Virus record (IMG/VR): IMGVR_UViG_3300044797_000098
Coordinates: 62,001 to 126,000 of that record
DNA: 64,000 nucleotides
Reading direction: 5' to 3' (one strand)
A model generated the notes under the pieces. The model did no database searches. It was given only the letters and a program-made list of their open reading frames with translations, and was not told the origin of the DNA. Positions within the stretch are counted from its first letter, which is position 1, and each line of letters begins with the position of its first letter. The translations under genes were made by a program, and so were the position numbers. Of the stretch, positions 20,515-30,188 are shown one piece after another.

Positions 20515-21309
20515 TTATTTTCTATCAGTAATTACTTCTATTTTGTCTTCATGTAGATAGACTGTATGTTCGAAGTGAGCGGACATATCTGCCTCGCACC
20601 ATACTGTCCAACCATCTTTATCTGTCCAAGTTTTCGTTGATCCGCTGGTTAACATTGGTTCGACAGCAAGAGTTAAATTTTCTTGCAATCGCACTCCTTC
20701 GTTTTCATTTGCTTTATTTGGTACAAATGGCTGAGCATGAGGAGTATCCCAATTTAAGGAATGCCCACCATATTTAGTTATACATCCATGACCTTTATTT
20801 TTAGCATATTTACTAATAGCATTACCAATACAACCTAATCGTTTTCCAATTTTTATTGCATCAATTCCTGCATACAATGCCTGTTCCGTATTTTTTATTA
20901 AATCTATATGCTGTTGTGATTTTGGTTCCCCATATATTACTGTTATGGCTGAATCAGCAATTGCCTTATTATATGTAGCGCCCAAATCGAAGCTAACAAC
21001 ATCGCCTTCTTTTAACCTATAATCTGATGGCACCCCATGTACTAATTGCTTATTTATACTGATACATACCCCATATGGAAATCCTTTGTATCCACGAAAT
21101 GTTTGTTGGCAACCATGTCTCTCTATATATTCACCAGCCATATTATTTAGTTCGAGCATAGTCATAGTGGTTTTTTCTTTTACCGCATTCTCTAATAATT
21201 GTAAGGCACCGGCAACGACCTTACCAGCGATACGTTGCCGTTCTAGCCAAACATTATCTTGCAAAATTATGAAATCACTAATTGATGATTTATCTTGCAC
21301 GATTCTCAT
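20515..21309 (-). CDS. map: Type I methionine aminopeptidase
   Basis: CISIN..VHGVP, FDLG, ADSA, GH, PH, VEPM, SAHFEHTV; all metal ligands are present. Confidence 0.95.
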   Translation of the reverse strand: MRIVQDKSSISDFIILQDNVWLERQRIAGKVVAGALQLLENAVKEKTTMTMLELNNMAGEYIERHGCQQTFRGYKGFPYGVCISINKQLVHGVPSDYRLKEGDVVSFDLGATYNKAIADSAITVIYGEPKSQQHIDLIKNTEQALYAGIDAIKIGKRLGCIGNAISKYAKNKGHGCITKYGGHSLNWDTPHAQPFVPNKANENEGVRLQENLTLAVEPMLTSGSTKTWTDKDGWTVWCEADMSAHFEHTVYLHEDKIEVITDRK

Positions 21310-21319
21310 AACATCCTTA

Positions 21320-21568
21320 TCAGTTTCTACCTACTGAATTAAACCATGAATGCGGAACATGATCTACTTTTTCATATTCAACACCATCTGCATCCAATGC
21401 AGCTCTTGCTTTACAGCGCATACATTGTATTTTTGTGCCCGGTGTCGAGCCAAAAGTTGGCTGTCCTGTTTCTGGATCGGACCCAAAAAAACATGAGCCA
21501 CCAACTTCGTAACAAGTACATCCACCAACTGTCATTGATTTAACTAGCGCAATAGTATTATCATGCAT
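21320..21568 (-). CDS. Small Cys-rich hypothetical protein
   Basis: CTC...CMRC; operon context. Confidence 0.55.
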   Translation of the reverse strand: MHDNTIALVKSMTVGGCTCYEVGGSCFFGSDPETGQPTFGSTPGTKIQCMRCKARAALDADGVEYEKVDHVPHSWFNSVGRN

Positions 21569-21577
21569 AATTTATGC

Positions 21578-21931
21578 CTATTCGTCTTCCGGCGCTTGTA
21601 CCGAAGTTATACCTTTTTCATCAACAACAACTTTTCCTGTTGGTTGTTCTGATGTTTTCTTTATACCTGAAAACTTTTTCATAACGGTTTCAGTATCTTC
21701 AGTTGAGGTAGCTGTATAATGACGAGTTTCAGTCTTTACCACTGGCTCTTTACCAACCAAGGATAGATCTAACTTTAGTGTTAGACTAACTATGGTTTGA
21801 TCCAATGTTTTTACTATATTTTGGACGTTCTTTAGATCTTCTCGTGATAGTTTTATTGTTTCATTATTAACTGAACTCGACATAAAATTACGAACCACAA
21901 TTAGATTAGCAATATCTTGTAATATTTTCAT
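21578..21931 (-). CDS. Hypothetical protein
   Basis: 117-aa ORF, tightly packed with its neighbours. Confidence 0.6.
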   Translation of the reverse strand: MKILQDIANLIVVRNFMSSSVNNETIKLSREDLKNVQNIVKTLDQTIVSLTLKLDLSLVGKEPVVKTETRHYTATSTEDTETVMKKFSGIKKTSEQPTGKVVVDEKGITSVQAPEDE

Positions 21932-21933
21932 TT

Positions 21934-22173
21934 TTAGCTCTTCCTTGTTATAGCACCGTCTTCATTAAGTAAATCACCATCTGATAGATGATACTTAAGT
22001 GCAAGACGTAAAATTACGTTATTATATGTAGCTTCTGCTGTTTCACTTTGCGAACGAGCCAAATCTCGTTTTGATTTAGCGAGATCGAGTGAGTGTTTAT
22101 CGCTGTCTGTTAGACGTTCAACTACTTCTACATTTGATGGTGTAGCAACCGGTGTATTTTGATCTTCTGGCAT
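21934..22173 (-). CDS. Hypothetical coiled-coil protein
   Basis: Strong AAGGAG RBS; lies downstream of a sigma70-like promoter. Confidence 0.7.
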   Translation of the reverse strand: MPEDQNTPVATPSNVEVVERLTDSDKHSLDLAKSKRDLARSQSETAEATYNNVILRLALKYHLSDGDLLNEDGAITRKS

Positions 22174-22211
22174 TTTTATCTCCTTTGCCTATCAATTAGG
22201 CTATAACTAAC

Positions 22212-22239
22212 AATATATCAACGATTAATTGTTTGTCAA
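22212..22239 (-). promoter_or_regulatory. Sigma70-like promoter
   Basis: TTGACA-N16-TATATT with an extended TG, upstream of 22173. Confidence 0.65.
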
Positions 22240-22257
22240 GGATTTTTATTATTTTTA

Positions 22258-23622
22258 TTATAGGATTTCTGACGCTAATGTTGCAAGCGGTGAGCGCTCG
22301 CCTTTTGTCAGCAATACACTACCACATATATCGTAGCCTTTAAATTTTTCAATGGCATGAATTAGTGCATTATTGGCAGAATCTAACTGCATGTTATCTA
22401 TTTGTTTTAAATCTCCGAGCAATACTATCTTACTGCCTTCTCCTATACGAGTAATCATTGTTTTTAATTCGTGGAGACTACTATTTTGAACCTCGTCAAT
22501 AATAATGAATGCATTAGGTAATGAACGCCCCCTAAGGTAGGATAGAGCCTCCATCTCAATTAATCCCTTCTCCATCATTAATGATAGATATGGATCTACG
22601 CCATCTTTATTATTCTTATTCATTTTGGAGCTCGAGTTTTTTATTAAAAAATTCAAGTTATCTCTGAATGATGCCAAAAACGGATCTAATTTTTCTTGTT
22701 TAGATCCTGGAAGAGTGCCAAGATCTTTCCCTACCGAAACGATTGGTTTCATTATTATTAATTTATCATATCGTTTTTCTTGCGACTCCAAAACGCTATG
22801 CAACCCAGCAGCAAGCGATAGCAATGTTTTTCCAGTACCACTTGGCCCGGCTAATGATACAAGATTAACTGAACTATCTAACAAAAGATCCAATGCGAAG
22901 TTTTGCTCAGAGCTTTTTGGCGACACACCAAAAACATTTTTATGTTTTTTAATTTCTACAATTTCTTTTTTACCAGCACGAAATCTTCCGTACCCAAGCA
23001 AGTCTTCTTTTGATGATTTTAATACGAGTATATCGTTAGCACGCAATTCATTTTTTTCTATAAAAACATCATTAACATCTATGAAATGATTGCCGTAAAA
23101 CTCGTTTGTTTGATCGCTATCTATTTCTAGTTCTCTAACACTGTTATATATTTCATCAGCAGATTTATATCTATCTTTTGTATAATCTTCCGCGGATAGC
23201 CCAAGAGCTTTGGCACGTATGCGTAATGCAATATCTTTACTAATCAATATTACTTTTTCAGTACGATTCAATTTATTTAATTTTATTGCACACGATAGTA
23301 TTCTATTATCACCATATAAAAATGTTCCAAGTGATTTATCTTCCTCGGTATTATGATCTATTTTTAATAGAATATTATTTTCTAATTTTATACCTTTTTC
23401 GATATCCTTATTATTTGGTAATAATCCATCTAGTGTCCTAATAACTGTTCTTGCATTTTTGCCAGTTTCATCAAAAAACTTCTTTAACTTATCTAATTCC
23501 TCTAAAACTGTTATTGGTATAATTACTATATTATCATTAAAACTTTTGAAGCTTAAAGGATCATACACCAACACCGACGTATCAAGTACATAGATTTTTT
23601 TCACTGTTATCTCCGTTTGCAA
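22258..23622 (-). CDS. phoH: PhoH-family ATPase with N-terminal PIN domain
   Basis: PIN motifs VLDTSV, EELD, DNRIL, SKDIALR; Walker A GPSGTGKT; RGRSL, IIDEVQN, TRIGEGSK, GDLKQID. Confidence 0.92.
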   Translation of the reverse strand: MQTEITVKKIYVLDTSVLVYDPLSFKSFNDNIVIIPITVLEELDKLKKFFDETGKNARTVIRTLDGLLPNNKDIEKGIKLENNILLKIDHNTEEDKSLGTFLYGDNRILSCAIKLNKLNRTEKVILISKDIALRIRAKALGLSAEDYTKDRYKSADEIYNSVRELEIDSDQTNEFYGNHFIDVNDVFIEKNELRANDILVLKSSKEDLLGYGRFRAGKKEIVEIKKHKNVFGVSPKSSEQNFALDLLLDSSVNLVSLAGPSGTGKTLLSLAAGLHSVLESQEKRYDKLIIMKPIVSVGKDLGTLPGSKQEKLDPFLASFRDNLNFLIKNSSSKMNKNNKDGVDPYLSLMMEKGLIEMEALSYLRGRSLPNAFIIIDEVQNSSLHELKTMITRIGEGSKIVLLGDLKQIDNMQLDSANNALIHAIEKFKGYDICGSVLLTKGERSPLATLASEIL

Positions 23623-23657
23623 GAAATTATTTATATCGAACTAAATTATATTGATTA

Positions 23658-24026
23658 TTACTCCTTTCTATTATCTTGTTCAAAAACTGTCCAAAAATCA
23701 ATACTCATTTCCATATATAATTTCTTGTTCGGATCTATTTGTGAAGGATCCTTTTTTATTTTATATAGTGGTTTTTTCCACTCTGCAATAAGTTCTTTTT
23801 CAACATAAATCTTTAAACTACCATCTGGAATATTCATGATTGTGATACCATAAAATCCAAGTGATTTTCTCATTTTTATTTTTTCTTCAATAGAAAGAGG
23901 CTCCTCGGATTTGTAGTCTATGCCTACTTCGAGAGCCTCTAAAATAGTTTTAATGAAGCGAGCTTGTTCCTGCGCTTCTATGTTTTTAGTATTTTCGTCT
24001 CGTTTAATTAAGATGGTGTAACGCAT
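23658..24026 (-). CDS. Hypothetical protein
   Basis: About 122 aa; ATG at 24026, or TTG at 24032. Confidence 0.6.
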   Translation of the reverse strand: MRYTILIKRDENTKNIEAQEQARFIKTILEALEVGIDYKSEEPLSIEEKIKMRKSLGFYGITIMNIPDGSLKIYVEKELIAEWKKPLYKIKKDPSQIDPNKKLYMEMSIDFWTVFEQDNRKE

Positions 24027-24067
24027 TCGCAATCTTAATATAATACGAAAAAAATAGTAAATCTAAC

Positions 24068-26569
24068 CTAGCATTTTGAAAAACTGCAATCTTTGCAGCG
24101 AAGACAACCTTCTTGGTATATAAGTGTGTTTTCTTGCTTGCAGGACGGGCACACTTTTTCAGCTGATGATTTAGATCCATCTTCAATGTATGATTTAAGT
24201 ACTCTTGCCATAACTTTTGAGAATGAAGTTATATCAGAATATTTATCTTTTTGTAATTGTTCCACGATATATTGAACTGGAACACCGTGTCTTAATGACA
24301 ATGATATTGTCCGCGAGAATGCACCAAAATTAGCATTCTCAAAAACATTGGCAATATCTTTAATTGTCATTTGATCATCTCCCTCGCCAATAATTAAATT
24401 ATATGTTGAAATACCATCTACTTTACCATTTTTTTGGATTTGACCCGTCTTATGTTTATTTGGAATATCTACATATTTCGATAGTCCTCCGAACACTTCG
24501 TATGGCTGACCATTCAATAGACCAACGAACATAGTCCATTGTTCTCCTTGTATTTTTGCTTTCTTTATATCGCAAGGAAGTATGTCGGGTCGTTTTGGAG
24601 CCATAACCGTGTGTATTACATCAGGTCGATCATCGTTTAATTTGCTTTGTTCTGAATTAACCAAAACACCCGTCCTACAACCATCACGATATACCGTAAA
24701 TCCTTTACACCCTGATTCCCATGCTTTCATATATACTTCTGATACAAGTTCTTTTGTAGCTGAATTAGGCAGATTGCAAGTTTTTGAAATCGAATGATCT
24801 ATTGATTTTTGTGCTACGGCCTGCATTTCCACTGATGCAACCCAATCAATATCATTTGATGTTGCTTCCCAGTATGGTGATTTTTTAATATCAGTTTCAC
24901 CTGTAATTTTCATCCATTGAGCTACGCCATGATGATATACCGTAAACTCTTGCCACTTATCTCCCATTTGATCGGTAAAATCAACACGTGCATTTTTATC
25001 ATTTGGATTAATTTTTTTACGACGGACGTATGATAGTGAATATGCTGGTTCAATACCGGATGTTGTTTGTGTTAATGTGGATACACTTCCTGTTGGCGCT
25101 GTTGTAGTTAGTGCAATATTTCTACGACCTGTTTTTTTCCACATCTTTATCACATCATTACCACAATCAGACATAATAGAATTAAGATATGCATGTTTCT
25201 TTTCTTTTTCATAACTAAATACTGGAAATGCTCCGCGTTCTTCCGCAAGAATGCAAGACGAAGTATGGGCGCCAACTGCTAACATACGATATATCTGACC
25301 TGTAATTTCTATCGATTTCTTTGATCCATATTTAATATTTAGCATTGCTAATGCATCACCAAGCGCTGTAATTCCAAGACCTGTTCTTCTACCACCCTCG
25401 TTAGCCTTCAAAACTTTTTTCCATAAATTTAATTCAACTAATTTAGCTTCTTCTGGTTCTGGATCATTTTCAACTTTGGCAATAATCCTATTAATTGCTT
25501 CAATTTCTAAATCTATAATATCATCCATTAAACGTTGTGCTTTGATTACATGATCTTTAAATAGGTCAAAATTAAATGATGCTCGTTTAGTAAATATATT
25601 ATCTACATATGATGTGAGATTTAATGCTACTAATCTACAAGCATCATATTTTGACAAAACAATTTCACCGCATGGATTACTGCTAATTGATTGATATCCC
25701 TCTTCTTTATAGATATCTGCCGGTGTGTTTCTTTGGACTTCATCCCAAAACATTAATCCCGGCTCTGCACTTGCCCAAGCCGAATCAATTATCTGATTCC
25801 ATATCTCTTTGGCTTTAATTGTTTTAGTTATTTTTGCCTCCTCTACACTAAAATTAACTGGCCAGCGAAGCGTGTATTCGCTATCATTTTTTACCGCTTT
25901 CATAAAATCATCATTTAGCCTTATAGAGATATTAGCCCCTGTGACTTTTGTCAAATCTCGTTTTATATTTATGAATGTTTCTATTTCTGGATGATTAATT
26001 GATATTGTAATCATCTCTGCACCACGCCTACCATTCATTGCAACTTCACGACATGTATTGCTAAAACGCTCCATAAAAACACCAATACCGTCTGTTGTTT
26101 TTGCTGCATTTGATGTTGATACACCTTTTGGACGTATTCCTGATATATCGTGTCCGCAACCTCCGCGTCGTTTAAATATCTGAGCCAACTCTTGATCTGC
26201 AAGTAATATACCGCCATATGAATCTAACTTATTAGAATAAACCCCTTGTATAACAAAACAATTAGACAAACTCTGAATTTGATATGGATTTCCAATAGCT
26301 GACATTGGGCTTCCTTGTGGAACAATATATTTAAACTTATCTAATAACGCAAATATTTCTTCCTCATTCATAGGATTAGGATATTTTTTTTCTATTCTGG
26401 CAAACTCTTTTGCTAACCTCCAATGCATATCTGTTGGCGTTAATTCTAAATACTCTCCTTTTTCATTTTGTAAGGCATATTTATCTGTGAATACTTTTGC
26501 AGCCAATTCATCTCCATTAAAATAACTTTGTGAGGCCTCTAAAACTTGTTCATAAGTATATTTTTTCAT
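24068..26569 (-). CDS. nrdJ: Class II (adenosylcobalamin-dependent) ribonucleotide reductase
   Basis: SNCF, RRGA.M, NPCGE, GRRTGLG, TTAPTG, SKTCN, KGFTVYRDG and a C-terminal CPSC...C..C...C ribbon; no beta-subunit gene nearby. Confidence 0.92.
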   Translation of the reverse strand: MKKYTYEQVLEASQSYFNGDELAAKVFTDKYALQNEKGEYLELTPTDMHWRLAKEFARIEKKYPNPMNEEEIFALLDKFKYIVPQGSPMSAIGNPYQIQSLSNCFVIQGVYSNKLDSYGGILLADQELAQIFKRRGGCGHDISGIRPKGVSTSNAAKTTDGIGVFMERFSNTCREVAMNGRRGAEMITISINHPEIETFINIKRDLTKVTGANISIRLNDDFMKAVKNDSEYTLRWPVNFSVEEAKITKTIKAKEIWNQIIDSAWASAEPGLMFWDEVQRNTPADIYKEEGYQSISSNPCGEIVLSKYDACRLVALNLTSYVDNIFTKRASFNFDLFKDHVIKAQRLMDDIIDLEIEAINRIIAKVENDPEPEEAKLVELNLWKKVLKANEGGRRTGLGITALGDALAMLNIKYGSKKSIEITGQIYRMLAVGAHTSSCILAEERGAFPVFSYEKEKKHAYLNSIMSDCGNDVIKMWKKTGRRNIALTTTAPTGSVSTLTQTTSGIEPAYSLSYVRRKKINPNDKNARVDFTDQMGDKWQEFTVYHHGVAQWMKITGETDIKKSPYWEATSNDIDWVASVEMQAVAQKSIDHSISKTCNLPNSATKELVSEVYMKAWESGCKGFTVYRDGCRTGVLVNSEQSKLNDDRPDVIHTVMAPKRPDILPCDIKKAKIQGEQWTMFVGLLNGQPYEVFGGLSKYVDIPNKHKTGQIQKNGKVDGISTYNLIIGEGDDQMTIKDIANVFENANFGAFSRTISLSLRHGVPVQYIVEQLQKDKYSDITSFSKVMARVLKSYIEDGSKSSAEKVCPSCKQENTLIYQEGCLRCKDCSFSKC

Positions 26570-26607
26570 TCCTATTCCTTCTCACATTTAAGATAGTTCT
26601 ATATTAT

Positions 26608-26631
26608 GTTTTCAGCAAGATCGCTGAAAAC
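26608..26631. promoter_or_regulatory. 9-bp inverted repeat between the sigma gene and nrdJ
   Basis: GTTTTCAGC-aagatc-GCTGAAAAC; no U-tract on the coding strand, so an operator or RNA hairpin is more likely than an intrinsic terminator. Confidence 0.4.
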
Positions 26632-26640
26632 TAAAAACTT

Positions 26641-27270
26641 TTATAGTCGGATATTTTTTTTCAAAACATCCAGCGCGCCATCAATCATTTTCATGCAATG
26701 AAAACGTGATAGCTTCATTTTTCTACAAACTTTACTAATTGACATTGGCTTATCGCCATCAACACCGAACACAAGATTTACTAATTTCCTTTGTTCATCA
26801 TTTAAATTTTCCATTGCAACATCTATTACTTTTGTTATTTCTAATAATTCTGTTAATTTATCTGGTGTATTTTTTTCCTCTTTAAAAACTGGCATTTTAG
26901 TTTCTCTGTGTGGAACATTTGCTTTTGCGAACTTTAAAGGATATCTTATCACCGTATGGGTATTTGCTGAACGAACAATCCTTGTTTCTATATATTTATG
27001 AGCCCACCAGAAAAAATTACCTTTATTTGGATTATAGTTATTCATCGCTCTAACTAACATCTCTAACCCTTCCTGATTTAAATCTTCATAGTTAGAAAAT
27101 CCTTTATATTTATTTGTCCTCATAGATATTAAATAATAAAACTTTTTTATACATAATTGTTCGTGTTTTTTGAATGACTGAATATCTTCTTCCTTTTTTG
27201 TTTCCTCGCTTCGATTTTTTAGTTCAATAAACGTTGTCATTAAATCCTGAGCTTCATCGATAGATATCAT
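26641..27270 (-). CDS. Sigma70-family RNA polymerase sigma factor
   Basis: Region 2 YEDLNQEG...A...YNP.KG.F..WA..YI; region 4 L...QR......FG......S...V.....LSR. ATG 27270 is preferred because the track start lies in the -35 box. Confidence 0.88.
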   Translation of the reverse strand: MISIDEAQDLMTTFIELKNRSEETKKEEDIQSFKKHEQLCIKKFYYLISMRTNKYKGFSNYEDLNQEGLEMLVRAMNNYNPNKGNFFWWAHKYIETRIVRSANTHTVIRYPLKFAKANVPHRETKMPVFKEEKNTPDKLTELLEITKVIDVAMENLNDEQRKLVNLVFGVDGDKPMSISKVCRKMKLSRFHCMKMIDGALDVLKKNIRL

Positions 27271-27310
27271 TCTTACCAGCCTTTTGAGCACATTAGTATG
27301 CTCAACAATC

Positions 27311-27339
27311 AATATAAGACACTTGTAAAAAGATGTCAA
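27311..27339 (-). promoter_or_regulatory. Sigma70-like promoter for the phage sigma gene
   Basis: TTGACA-N17-TATATT, with the same CTTGACA...TATATTG context as 22212-22239. Confidence 0.7.
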
Positions 27340-27400
27340 GATATGTTGATCACTATTTTAGGTTTTGTGTAAAAAAGATACTTCGTTAGTGATAGAAAAC

Positions 27401-27598
27401 TTACTTAGAATAGTTATCTTTACTCCAACAATTTCCTGTTAGGACGAAACTTGTTTGTGATATCAAACGCTTAGGCGGAGGACTTATTTTTCCATTTTCT
27501 TTGCATGTGGGACACTCTTGCAATGGATCGTCATGAACTGATTGAACTGCTTCAAACTCTTTATCGCAAGTTTCACAATAATAACAATAAGTTGCCAT
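27401..27598 (-). CDS. FmdB-family zinc-ribbon protein
   Basis: MATY.Y.CETC...FE..Q......L..CPTC......RLIS..SF.L.G..W..D.Y. Confidence 0.85.
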   Translation of the reverse strand: MATYCYYCETCDKEFEAVQSVHDDPLQECPTCKENGKISPPPKRLISQTSFVLTGNCWSKDNYSK

Positions 27599-27599
27599 A

Positions 27600-27833
27600 T
27601 TATTTACCCTTATTCATAATCTTGGAAATTACATCTTGTGCTATCTTATTGGCTTCATCTTCTGATATTATATTTGTTTTTACTTTGCTATCTACTTCGG
27701 TGAGTATTTTTTGCAATCGTTTTAGACTGCGCGATGGCTTCGGAGTCTTGCCTTGTTGCACATCATCGAATGCTTTTTTTAATTCTTCGATTGCAAAATT
27801 GATTACTTGTTTTTTACTATCGTTTTCTGACAT
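27600..27833 (-). CDS. Hypothetical protein
   Basis: 77 aa with an AGGA RBS. Confidence 0.6.
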   Translation of the reverse strand: MSENDSKKQVINFAIEELKKAFDDVQQGKTPKPSRSLKRLQKILTEVDSKVKTNIISEDEANKIAQDVISKIMNKGK

Positions 27834-27843
27834 TTGTTATTTC

Positions 27844-28170
27844 CTATATTAGGAGTATAAAATCATTTGTATGATTTTCTTTTTCAATAATCTTTATTGT
27901 TTTATCATTTATTTCAGTGAATGAAATTATATATCGTTCATTAAAATCTGATTTATCACCTAATTTTTTTATAGCTTTTGCCTGTTGCTTATCTACGCTA
28001 CGAACATAATTAAGTAATTCATTTTTATCACTCATTATGGTGTGGATTATTCGACTATACCTATTGCCTTGTATTGTTCCATTAGTAAAATTAGGATATC
28101 TTTTATCAAAAAAATATTTATCTGCAACTCCATAATAGATTTTATCGGGGTCGATTTCTTTTTCCAGCAT
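27844..28170 (-). CDS. Hypothetical protein
   Basis: 108 aa with a GAGG RBS; overlaps the upstream gene. Confidence 0.55.
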   Translation of the reverse strand: MLEKEIDPDKIYYGVADKYFFDKRYPNFTNGTIQGNRYSRIIHTIMSDKNELLNYVRSVDKQQAKAIKKLGDKSDFNERYIISFTEINDKTIKIIEKENHTNDFILLI

Positions 28171-28462
28171 CTAATCCTCGTTGTATTTGTTCATATTTAG
28201 CCTCGCCAATAAAATTGGAATAAACTTTTTCCGAACTGTATAATTCTTTTGCAAACTTTTGCCCATCTTCTTTTGTTTTGGCAATTAGATCATGTCCTGT
28301 TAGTTCAACAATGCCCCTCCCGCCCAGACTAATTAAATGTATTATGTTTCCTTTGGCATTACATTTGGGGCAGGTGTCTGGATCAGGCGCTTTTATTGAT
28401 TGTTCTAATTCCCATTCGTGATTACATTCTGGCGATTCATGTTTAAATTCATATACTGGCAT
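28142..28462 (-). CDS. FmdB-like zinc-ribbon protein with C-terminal extension
   Basis: MPVYEF.H...C.HEWE..Q.......CPKC.....LIS; His replaces the first Cys. Confidence 0.75.
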   Translation of the reverse strand: MPVYEFKHESPECNHEWELEQSIKAPDPDTCPKCNAKGNIIHLISLGGRGIVELTGHDLIAKTKEDGQKFAKELYSSEKVYSNFIGEAKYEQIQRGLDAGKRNRPR

Positions 28463-28470
28463 TTTATTCC

Positions 28471-29853
28471 TTATTGTTTATTGTTTATTTTGTCTGAAAT
28501 ATCTTCTGGATCTGTTTTCGTACTACTATCAGTATAAGCATCATTTATTAATGCGCAACACTCCATGTGCTTTTTTAATTTACCACTGGTCAATTCTCCA
28601 CGTCTATTTTTTACCATCTCAACGCTAAAATCAGGGCAATGTTTTTCATTGGATCTTGTATTGATTACAACAATCATATCACAATTATCCGATATCATCG
28701 TACTTCTGCGAAAATCTTTTATTCCAAAATTACCCTCTTTACCACCACCCTTTGGATTCAACTGAACTGCACTTAATACTATAATTTCTTTTGCCCTCGC
28801 TAATTCATGAACCCCTTCGGATATTTGTCCTTGAACTAGCCAATCATCTGTAGCATCTGTATCAACATCCATTAAATTTAAATAATCAATAACAACAACG
28901 TCTGGTTTACCATATTGAAGCGCGTAGTCATCAATCATATTTTCTAATGCTTCTGGTGTTGCTTTTCTTGGTAAATCAATTACGGTAAAATGCTTATTGT
29001 AGTTCTTAATAAATTTAAATGCATTTGCAACACGAGCTTTTTGTTCCTCATCTAATGTTGCGTCTCTGATAGATTTTTGTGGAACCATAGCTATTCTCGC
29101 CATTGCTCTTTGCATATAATCTTCATAATTCATCTCTAATGAGAACAGCAATATATTGGAACCGTTATGAAAATTAGACGTCATTGATAGTTCATTATTG
29201 CCAATCCACATTTGAATAGCAGTATTCATTAGTAATAGTGATTTACCTGAACTAGTTATGCCAGCGAAAATTACCAACTCTCCTGATTTCAATCCTGAAT
29301 TGGCGCGATCTATAAAATCATATCCTGTTTTTACGCCAGCATTATAATTTGGATCTTTTATTTTATTATTATATGTGTTTCTAAAATCATCAGCGTAATC
29401 TTTTAAATTTCCCTTTTTATATGAACCTATCTGATTTACATTCTTTATATTATTCAATACTGTCTGTATATCACTAACACTCTTCTTTAAATCAATCTTA
29501 TCTATCTCACCAATATTTTCTTTTAGATTTAAAATTAGTTTTTCTGAATACCTCTTCTTCAATTTTTCTAAATCGTGCTTATACTCTTTATCATCATAAT
29601 TGAACGCCATTATCCTATCGAATAATTGATCTGTGTGCTCAGCGAATGCTTTATTTTTTGCAGGGTCAATACGCTCTAATATTACACGCTTAGTGGGAAC
29701 GTCTTTATATACACGAATATATTCAATAACCAATTTAGCAAAACGCCAAGCGCTCGGATCAAACAACTTCTCATTGCAATCGTGCGCAAACTCTAATGCG
29801 TATTTACGATTGGTTAGAATTGTTTTTAATATAGATAGATCTAGATCATTCAT
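28471..29853 (-). CDS. dnaB: DnaB-like replicative helicase
   Basis: Walker A GITSSGKS, FSLEM, VIDYL, AVQLN, KNRRG. Confidence 0.9.
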   Translation of the reverse strand: MNDLDLSILKTILTNRKYALEFAHDCNEKLFDPSAWRFAKLVIEYIRVYKDVPTKRVILERIDPAKNKAFAEHTDQLFDRIMAFNYDDKEYKHDLEKLKKRYSEKLILNLKENIGEIDKIDLKKSVSDIQTVLNNIKNVNQIGSYKKGNLKDYADDFRNTYNNKIKDPNYNAGVKTGYDFIDRANSGLKSGELVIFAGITSSGKSLLLMNTAIQMWIGNNELSMTSNFHNGSNILLFSLEMNYEDYMQRAMARIAMVPQKSIRDATLDEEQKARVANAFKFIKNYNKHFTVIDLPRKATPEALENMIDDYALQYGKPDVVVIDYLNLMDVDTDATDDWLVQGQISEGVHELARAKEIIVLSAVQLNPKGGGKEGNFGIKDFRRSTMISDNCDMIVVINTRSNEKHCPDFSVEMVKNRRGELTSGKLKKHMECCALINDAYTDSSTKTDPEDISDKINNKQ

Positions 29854-30188
29854 ATTAGCACCATAAGTTTATTTATTCTTTCCGCATCAATTTTAATTTC
29901 CATAAATGTATCCCAATCTTTATCTCGTAATGTATTCATATAAACATAATATGCCATTAATAATCTAATATCTTGATGCCCATCTAAATCCGATACGGTT
30001 GCAAGATCGCTAAAAAATCCGGCAATTGGTCCAGTTAATCCATAGTATCCATTTTGGGATCTTACACGTTTTATAAACTCTAAACAAAACTGTGTATGTT
30101 CTTCTGTTCCGAACTCATCAGCAAACTCTGGGCGACCTTGTGAGAATGACCAATCAATAAAACTATTTATATGTTGTTCTATACTCAT
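29850..30188 (-). CDS. Hypothetical protein between loader and helicase
   Basis: ATGA overlaps on both sides; ends INKLMVLI. Confidence 0.65.
   Translation of the reverse strand: MSIEQHINSFIDWSFSQGRPEFADEFGTEEHTQFCLEFIKRVRSQNGYYGLTGPIAGFFSDLATVSDLDGHQDIRLLMAYYVYMNTLRDKDWDTFMEIKIDAERINKLMVLI

Noticed and set aside
8948-22217. Match of the putative omega-RNA guide (AACAATATA) to the promoter region at about 22209-22217
   Set aside because: Only 9 nt of AT-rich identity, which is expected by chance.
26608-26631. NrdR box or cobalamin riboswitch upstream of nrdJ
   Set aside because: The intergenic space is only about 70 bp and does not match the NrdR consensus.
27271-27339. N-terminal extension of the sigma factor given by the ORF track
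   Set aside because: The TTG start is the -35 box of the promoter; ATG 27270 is more plausible.
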